From Verrucomicrobiia bacterium (GTDB lineage Bacteria > Verrucomicrobiota > Verrucomicrobiia > Limisphaerales > UBA11358), in assembly GCA_035776755.1 (NCBI GenBank), contig DASTWS010000030.1, positions 172,150 to 236,149 on the forward strand: DNA of 64,000 nucleotides, written 5' to 3'. Made by a program: the position numbers and the translations under genes. Positions 59,538 through 64,000 of this stretch are shown here, piece by piece (within the stretch, counting starts at the first letter, position 1; the number at the start of each line of letters is the position of its first letter). The notes under the pieces are model-generated. The model did no database searches. It worked only from the letters and a program-made list of their open reading frames with translations, and was not told the DNA's origin.

Positions 59538-60587
59538 TTATGGAATCAGTTTCAGTGACGGATCAACGGTCAGGCTGCTGAAGCTGTTCCCCAACAAATG
59601 CAGGGCGCCTTTGCCGTAGGAATCGGAAAAGACCGCCAAACCAAAAGAGCCGTTCAGCACTTCGATGATCGGCCCGGCGTTTACGGTCAAATAGGGCGCG
59701 CTGCTTTTGCTGATCTGCACGAGATTATTATTACCTTCGGGAACGACGATGAGTTCATTTTGGGTATTGTAATTGTAAAGCTGGATCAGATTCGGCCCGG
59801 TTCCGGCAACAAAGACGTCTTCCCCGATTGGAATATGCGGCGTGACATTCGGCTTTAAAATAGCGGTATATCCAAAATCGAAAGTTTGAATGTTATTCGC
59901 GCGAATGGTATTGGCACCATCGCCGGCCTGAACAATCAGATTGCCGGCATAAAGTCCTGCCACATGAATGGTGTTATTTCCGTCGCCGGCCACAACGGTA
60001 ACCGGACTTCCGAAGATAAAACCGGAATTGTCATCGATAATGTTCAAATTGTTGTTGCCATCGCCGACGACCACCGTAAAGCCGTTAAAACTTTCAGTAT
60101 GTTCCAAATTCACTGTGTTGGGACCATCGCCGAAGACCAACACCACATTCATCGTGGCGAAGATGCCATTGACATTGAGATAATTCAGATTGTTTTGCGA
60201 ACTGGTATAGGTCAACGCATTGACGGACAAATTGTCCAATGAAGTCTTTTTGATGCCTTTATCCGAGGAACCATAAACCACCGTCAATGTTCCGGACAAA
60301 TCACCATCATGAATGTGCAACGTATCATTGCCCGAACCCAGCAGCGTCACGATATTCGTCACGCCAGTAAATAATCGCCATGACTTGCCATTGATCGAAG
60401 TGCCGTCCAGGCCGCGCACAATCCAATTTGCGCCGTTCTGGTGAATATCCACGGTCTGGCTTCCGGAAGTGGCCTGAACCATCAGCGTTCCGCTGGACAC
60501 ATTTGCGATCACAGAAGCAGCGCGCACAGAAATACCGGCGATCAAAACCGCCGCCGGAACCATAAACAATTGACGTATTTTTTTCAT
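59538..60587 (-). CDS. Secreted repeat protein with seven G(D/S/T)GxN-containing units (beta-roll or beta-helix-like), AT-richer
   Basis: Signal peptide from ATG at 60587 (MKKIRQLFMVPAAVLIAGISVRAAS). Repeats are LLGSGNDTLHI, VFGDGPNTVNL, VVGDGNNNLNI, VAGDGNNTIHV, QAGDGANTIRA, VAGTGPNLIQL and VPEGNNNLVQI. Confidence 0.65.
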   Translation of the reverse strand: MKKIRQLFMVPAAVLIAGISVRAASVIANVSSGTLMVQATSGSQTVDIHQNGANWIVRGLDGTSINGKSWRLFTGVTNIVTLLGSGNDTLHIHDGDLSGTLTVVYGSSDKGIKKTSLDNLSVNALTYTSSQNNLNYLNVNGIFATMNVVLVFGDGPNTVNLEHTESFNGFTVVVGDGNNNLNIIDDNSGFIFGSPVTVVAGDGNNTIHVAGLYAGNLIVQAGDGANTIRANNIQTFDFGYTAILKPNVTPHIPIGEDVFVAGTGPNLIQLYNYNTQNELIVVPEGNNNLVQISKSSAPYLTVNAGPIIEVLNGSFGLAVFSDSYGKGALHLLGNSFSSLTVDPSLKLIP

Positions 60588-60704
60588 AAGCGATTTATTT
60601 TGAAGCCACAATGACAAACCGTTTTTATCTGAAAACCGGTGCTCTGGTCAATTAAAAATCAGTGACGTTTACATTAAAATTTGCAACTTTATCCGCACAA
60701 CAAA

Positions 60705-62492
60705 ATGAAAAATCCTTTCCCGCTCATCGGTTCCCTTCCCAAAATCGGCATTCGCCCGGCCATTGACGGCCGCCGCAAAGGCGTCCGCGAATCACTCGAA
60801 AAGCAAGTCATGGCCATGGCGAAAAACGCCGCAAAATTTATTTCCGCAAATCTGCGCTATCCAAACGGCAAACCCGTGCAATGCGTCATCGCCGACACTT
60901 GCATCGGCGGCGTGGCCGAAGCCGCCGCGTGCGCGGAAAAATTCGCGCGCGAAGGCGTCGGCGTTTCGCTCACCGTCACGCCGTGCTGGTGTTACGGCAG
61001 TGAAACGATGGACATGGATCCGCTGATTCCAAAAGCGGTCTGGGGATTCAACGGCACTGAACGTCCCGGCGCGGTTTATCTCGCCGCCGTGCTCGCCGGT
61101 CACAACATGAAAGGCTTGCCGGCATTCGGCATTTACGGTCGCGACGTCCAGGACGGCGGCGATTCGGAAATTCCCGGTGATGTTCAGGAAAAAATCCTCC
61201 GTTTCGCCCGCGCCGGACTCGCCGTGGCGATTATGCGCGGCAAAAGTTATCTGTCACTGGGCGGCGTTTCCATGGGAATCGCCGGTTCGATTGTCGAACA
61301 ATCGTTTTTTGAAAGTTATCTCGGCATGAGGGTTGAATGCGTGGACATGACGGAAATTGTCCGGCGTATCGAAGAAAAAATTTACGACGAACGCGAATTC
61401 AAAAAAGCGCTCGCGTGGACAAAACAGAATTGCAAAGAAGGCAAGGATTACAATCCGGCGAAATTGCAACGCGACGCTGCGCGGAAAGATTGGGAATGGG
61501 AAACCGTCGTGAAAATGACGATGATCGCGCGCGACTTAATGGTCGGCAATCCACGTCTCGCGGAATTGGGCTTCGGCGAGGAAGCGCTCGGGCACAATGC
61601 GATTTCCGGCGGCTTTCAAGGCCAGCGCGCATGGACCGATCATTTTCCGAACGGCGATTTCATGGAAGCGATTTTATGTTCGTCATTCGACTGGAACGGC
61701 CTGCGCGCACCGATGGCGTTCGCGACGGAAAATGACGCGCTGAATGGCGCGTGCATGTTGTTCGGCCAATTGCTCACGAACACGGCGCAGATTTTTGCGG
61801 ATGTCCGCACTTATTGGAGTCCTGAATCCGTCAAACGCGTCACGAGCCACAAGCTTTCCGGCGATTGCGAAAACGGTTTGCTGCATCTCATCAATTCCGG
61901 TGCGGCGACGTTGGACGGAACCGGCCGGCAGGAAATTGACGGCAAGCCGGCGATGAAACCGTTCTGGGAAATCTCAAAAGATGAAATGCAAAAATGTTTG
62001 GAGGCAACGACATGGCCGGCGGCGATTTACGAATATTTCCGCGGCGGCGGATTTTCATCGTGCTATTTATCGCGCGGCGGAATGCCGATGACGATGTGCC
62101 GAATCAGCCTGGTGAAAGGCCTTGGCCCTGCCCTGCAAATTGCGGAAGGCTGGTCAGTAGATTTGCCGGAAAAAGTTCATACGACTTTGAATGAGCGCAC
62201 GAATCCAACATGGCCGACAACATGGTTCGTCCCCAAAGTCACAGGCAAAGGCGCGTTCCGCGACGTTTACACGGTGATGAACAATTGGAGCGCGAACCAC
62301 GGAAGCATCAGCTACGGCCACATCGGCGCGGATTTGATTTCGCTCGCTTCGATGTTGCGAATTCCAGTGGCAATGCACAATGTGGACGAAGAGAAAATCT
62401 TTCGGCCAAGCTCGTGGAACCTGTTCGGTGCACTGGAATTGCAATCGGCGGATTATCGGGCGTGCCAGAATTTCGGGCCGGTTTACGCCTAA
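60705..62492 (+). CDS. fucI: L-fucose isomerase
   Basis: Near full-length collinear similarity to E. coli FucI as I recall it ([14 protein letters not shown], [32 protein letters not shown]). Confidence 0.95.
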   Translation: MKNPFPLIGSLPKIGIRPAIDGRRKGVRESLEKQVMAMAKNAAKFISANLRYPNGKPVQCVIADTCIGGVAEAAACAEKFAREGVGVSLTVTPCWCYGSETMDMDPLIPKAVWGFNGTERPGAVYLAAVLAGHNMKGLPAFGIYGRDVQDGGDSEIPGDVQEKILRFARAGLAVAIMRGKSYLSLGGVSMGIAGSIVEQSFFESYLGMRVECVDMTEIVRRIEEKIYDEREFKKALAWTKQNCKEGKDYNPAKLQRDAARKDWEWETVVKMTMIARDLMVGNPRLAELGFGEEALGHNAISGGFQGQRAWTDHFPNGDFMEAILCSSFDWNGLRAPMAFATENDALNGACMLFGQLLTNTAQIFADVRTYWSPESVKRVTSHKLSGDCENGLLHLINSGAATLDGTGRQEIDGKPAMKPFWEISKDEMQKCLEATTWPAAIYEYFRGGGFSSCYLSRGGMPMTMCRISLVKGLGPALQIAEGWSVDLPEKVHTTLNERTNPTWPTTWFVPKVTGKGAFRDVYTVMNNWSANHGSISYGHIGADLISLASMLRIPVAMHNVDEEKIFRPSSWNLFGALELQSADYRACQNFGPVYA

Positions 62493-62504
62493 TTTTCCAA
62501 GCAT

Positions 62505-62548
62505 AAAAATAAAATGCGCGGAATTGCTTCCGCGCATTTTTCTTTCAC
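62505..62548. terminator. Bidirectional intrinsic terminator between fucI and glgP
   Basis: AAAATGCGCGGAA-ttgc-TTCCGCGCATTTT at 62511-62540, flanked by an A-run and a T-run. Confidence 0.8.
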
Positions 62549-62561
62549 TCCAACGGGAGAA

Positions 62562-64000
62562 TTACTTTGCGCAATAATATCGTCGCGCGTATTCCTTGAC
62601 CATGCGATCGGTGGTGAATCGAGGAACGAGCGTCGCCATCGCGTGGCGGATATATTGGATCCATTTGCGCGGAATGCCGTTCTCGTCGCGATCAAAAAAC
62701 AACGGCACAACCTGCTCGGTCAGCGTTTTGTAAAGGTTCGCGCTGTCCACGCGGTCTTGTTCTTCGACGTTCGCCGGGTGCGAATCTTCACCGATGGCGA
62801 ATCCATTTTTGGCGTCGTAACCTTCGCGCCACCAGCCGTCCAAAATGCTGAAATTCAAACAGCCATGACAGCCGGCTTTCATGCCGCTGGTGCCGCTGGC
62901 TTCGAGCGGGCGGCGGGGATTGTTCAGCCATACGTCACAGCCGCTGACCATCTGGCGCGCGACGTGGACGTCATAATTTTCAAGGAAGACAAGACTTCCG
63001 GCGAGTTCGCTGTGTTTGCTCAAATGAATGATTTGCTGGATGAATCGCTTGCCTTCATCGTCGCGGGGATGCGCTTTGCCGGCGAAAACAAATTGGATCG
63101 GACGATTTTTATCTTTGGTCAACTTCACGATGTTTTCAAACTGCTGAAAAATCAGCGGCGCACGTTTGTAGGTCGCAAAACGTCGCGCGAAGCCGATCGT
63201 CAGCGCATCGGGATTCAGCAAATGCTCGAAGCGGATGAAATCGCCCGTCGAAACGCGTGTCGTGGTGTAAAGCAGACGGCGGCGGATAAATTCAATCAAT
63301 TGCCGGCGCAATTTGTAACGCAACGCCCAAAGTTCTTCGTCGGAGACAAACGCCGGATCGGCGATATGCTGCCAGAAATCCGTGTGATTGATGGCCGACG
63401 CCCAATCGCTGCCGTATTGCTTGCGCCAGAGTTCACACGTATCGTCATTACATTCGCCCAGTTTATCGCGCCAAAATTTTCGCACCGGTCCTTTCATCCA
63501 GCCAAGTAAATGAATGCCATTGGTGATGTGGCCGATGGGAACTTTGTCCACCGGCGTGCCGGGATAAAGCGATTGCCACATGTGACGGCTGATGTCGCCG
63601 TGCAATTCGCTGACTCCGTTCGCCGAGCGCGACAATTTCAAGGCCAGCACGGTCATGCAAAATGGTTCATTCAAATTATTTTCGTCCACGCGACCGAGCT
63701 TGAGCAAATCGGGAAACGGAACCGGCAATTGCTGGCGATAAAGTTGAAACGCGTAGTCCATCAATCCGAGCGTAAAACGGTCGTGACCGGCTTCGACCGG
63801 CGTGTGCGTGGTGAAAATACATTCCGCCTTCGTCGCGGCAGCCGCCTCGGCGTAATTTTTTCCCGCGCCCATTTTTTCGCGGATGAGTTCCAAAGTCAAA
63901 AATGCCGCGTGCCCTTCGTTCATGTGGAACACTGATGGCGCGACACCGAGTTTGCGAAGCAATCGCACGCCGCCGATGCCCAACAAAATTTCCTGCATCA
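62562..64000 (-). CDS. glgP: Alpha-glucan (glycogen/maltodextrin) phosphorylase, GT35; N-terminus beyond window end
   Basis: HMNEGHAAF, TTHTPVEAGHD, and a PLP region ASGTSGMK. Frame is open to the window edge. Confidence 0.85.
   Translation of the reverse strand, partial: MQEILLGIGGVRLLRKLGVAPSVFHMNEGHAAFLTLELIREKMGAGKNYAEAAAATKAECIFTTHTPVEAGHDRFTLGLMDYAFQLYRQQLPVPFPDLLKLGRVDENNLNEPFCMTVLALKLSRSANGVSELHGDISRHMWQSLYPGTPVDKVPIGHITNGIHLLGWMKGPVRKFWRDKLGECNDDTCELWRKQYGSDWASAINHTDFWQHIADPAFVSDEELWALRYKLRRQLIEFIRRRLLYTTTRVSTGDFIRFEHLLNPDALTIGFARRFATYKRAPLIFQQFENIVKLTKDKNRPIQFVFAGKAHPRDDEGKRFIQQIIHLSKHSELAGSLVFLENYDVHVARQMVSGCDVWLNNPRRPLEASGTSGMKAGCHGCLNFSILDGWWREGYDAKNGFAIGEDSHPANVEEQDRVDSANLYKTLTEQVVPLFFDRDENGIPRKWIQYIRHAMATLVPRFTTDRMVKEYARRYYCAK

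Noticed and set aside
59538-60617. Periodic DNA repeats considered as a CRISPR-like or tandem-repeat array.
   Set aside because: The periodicity is at the protein level (the GDGxN units) and the nucleotide sequences diverge. The region is a continuous ORF with a signal peptide. No direct-repeat and spacer organisation exists anywhere in the window.

Overview
The window is a gene-dense bacterial chromosomal segment with about 60 protein genes on both strands. I saw no rRNA, tRNA, CRISPR array, integrase or transposase. Secreted-protein motifs (TSP3-like DxDxDG followed by AGTDPxN, and PbH1 beta-helix paralogs with a shared leader) suggest a PVC/Verrucomicrobia-like organism. That attribution is inference only. 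Housekeeping genes recognised by motif are apt, an rpoD-like sigma factor, nnr, rlmN, msrPQ, hisH, metH, holA, ftsH, lpxD, rho, cysK, clpC, cls, mlaFE, fucI and glgP (partial). Accessory content includes a four-gene cluster of secreted beta-helix and repeat proteins (1.7-6.1 kb), two paralogous hybrid histidine kinases, an XRE-HTH::receiver fusion regulator, a PadR-DoxX-OMP-MFS operon, a GT2 plus polytopic-membrane glycosylation operon, a decayed ParE-type toxin-antitoxin pair, and several AT-richer orphan genes. The most unusual region is a gap of about 1.5 kb (47449-48975) with no credible ORF, upstream of cysK. Read on the minus strand, it contains many GNRA-capped hairpins, so it is a candidate large structured RNA of roughly 0.9 kb. 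An orphan intrinsic terminator and a symmetric MITE-like or structured element of about 200 nt lie next to it. All calls rest on reading the sequence and ORF translations by eye. No database search, covariance model or folding program was run.
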